In this document: piece by piece, positions 15,269 through 15,414 of the stretch
How positions within the stretch are numbered: the stretch's first letter is position 1
Layout: each line of letters begins with the position of its first letter
Source of the DNA: Meiothermus sp.
GTDB lineage: Bacteria; Deinococcota; Deinococci; Deinococcales; Thermaceae
DNA: 15,414 nt
Direction: 5' to 3'
Assembly: GCA_033762915.1 (NCBI GenBank)
Contig: JANRLD010000040.1
Span: 1-15,414 of the forward strand
The notes under the pieces: model-generated
Database searches by the model: none
Seen by the model: the letters and a program-made list of their open reading frames with translations, nothing else
Told to the model about the DNA's origin: nothing
Program-made: the position numbers and the translations under genes

Positions 15269-15414
15269 ATGGAAACGGTAGCGCCTAAACGTTATCTCGC
15301 TGCGCTGTTGGTGGTTGGGCTAGGTCTCTTGTTCCAAGCCAAGGCCGACGACTCGCAAGACCCCGATATCCTATTGGGGCAAAATCCGACCTTCGGGCAG
15401 TACGTGACCGACTT
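15269..15414 (+). CDS. Secreted protein, partial (3' end outside the window); possibly COG4315-type 'secreted repeat' protein
   Basis: Not in the ORF track. A GGGAGG SD precedes ATG 15269, giving METVAPKRYLAALLVVGLGLLFQAKA|DDSQDPDILLGQNPTFGQYVTD, a Sec signal with an AxA site. The family guess rests only on 'GQYVTD'. Confidence 0.7.
   Translation, partial: METVAPKRYLAALLVVGLGLLFQAKADDSQDPDILLGQNPTFGQYVTD

Noticed and set aside
1..15414. CRISPR array, tRNA/rRNA, IS element, prophage or defence system
   Set aside because: No regularly spaced repeats, cloverleaf or rRNA motifs, or transposase, integrase, RT or nuclease ORFs were seen.

Overview
GC-rich bacterial chromosomal window. It most likely comes from the Deinococcota/Thermaceae (Meiothermus-like); this is inferred from gene content, leaderless TANNNT promoters and strong CTCGAG over-representation. 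From left to right: the 5' end of a minus-strand type IV minor-pilin operon (FimT-like, PilV-like, partial PilW-like); a 740-bp noncoding gap rich in inverted repeats; a YdbM-like acyl-CoA dehydrogenase-fold protein; a very acidic hypothetical protein; a 1040-aa lipoprotein with PA14 + 2x CBM4/9-like + FN3 + AA5 copper-radical (galactose-oxidase-like) domains; a metallophosphoesterase; an acyl-CoA synthetase/crotonase operon; a BatA-like vWA membrane protein preceded by a perfect FNR box; an LprI/DUF1311 secreted protein; folC; a CPBP intramembrane protease; and the start of a secreted protein. No rRNA, tRNA, CRISPR array, transposase or integrase was seen. The most notable items are the membrane-anchored multi-CBM copper radical oxidase (all Cu ligands intact, Glu at the Trp290-equivalent position), roughly 10-fold enrichment of the palindrome CTCGAG, the FNR box before the orphan vWA gene, and a leaderless promoter nested in a terminator loop.
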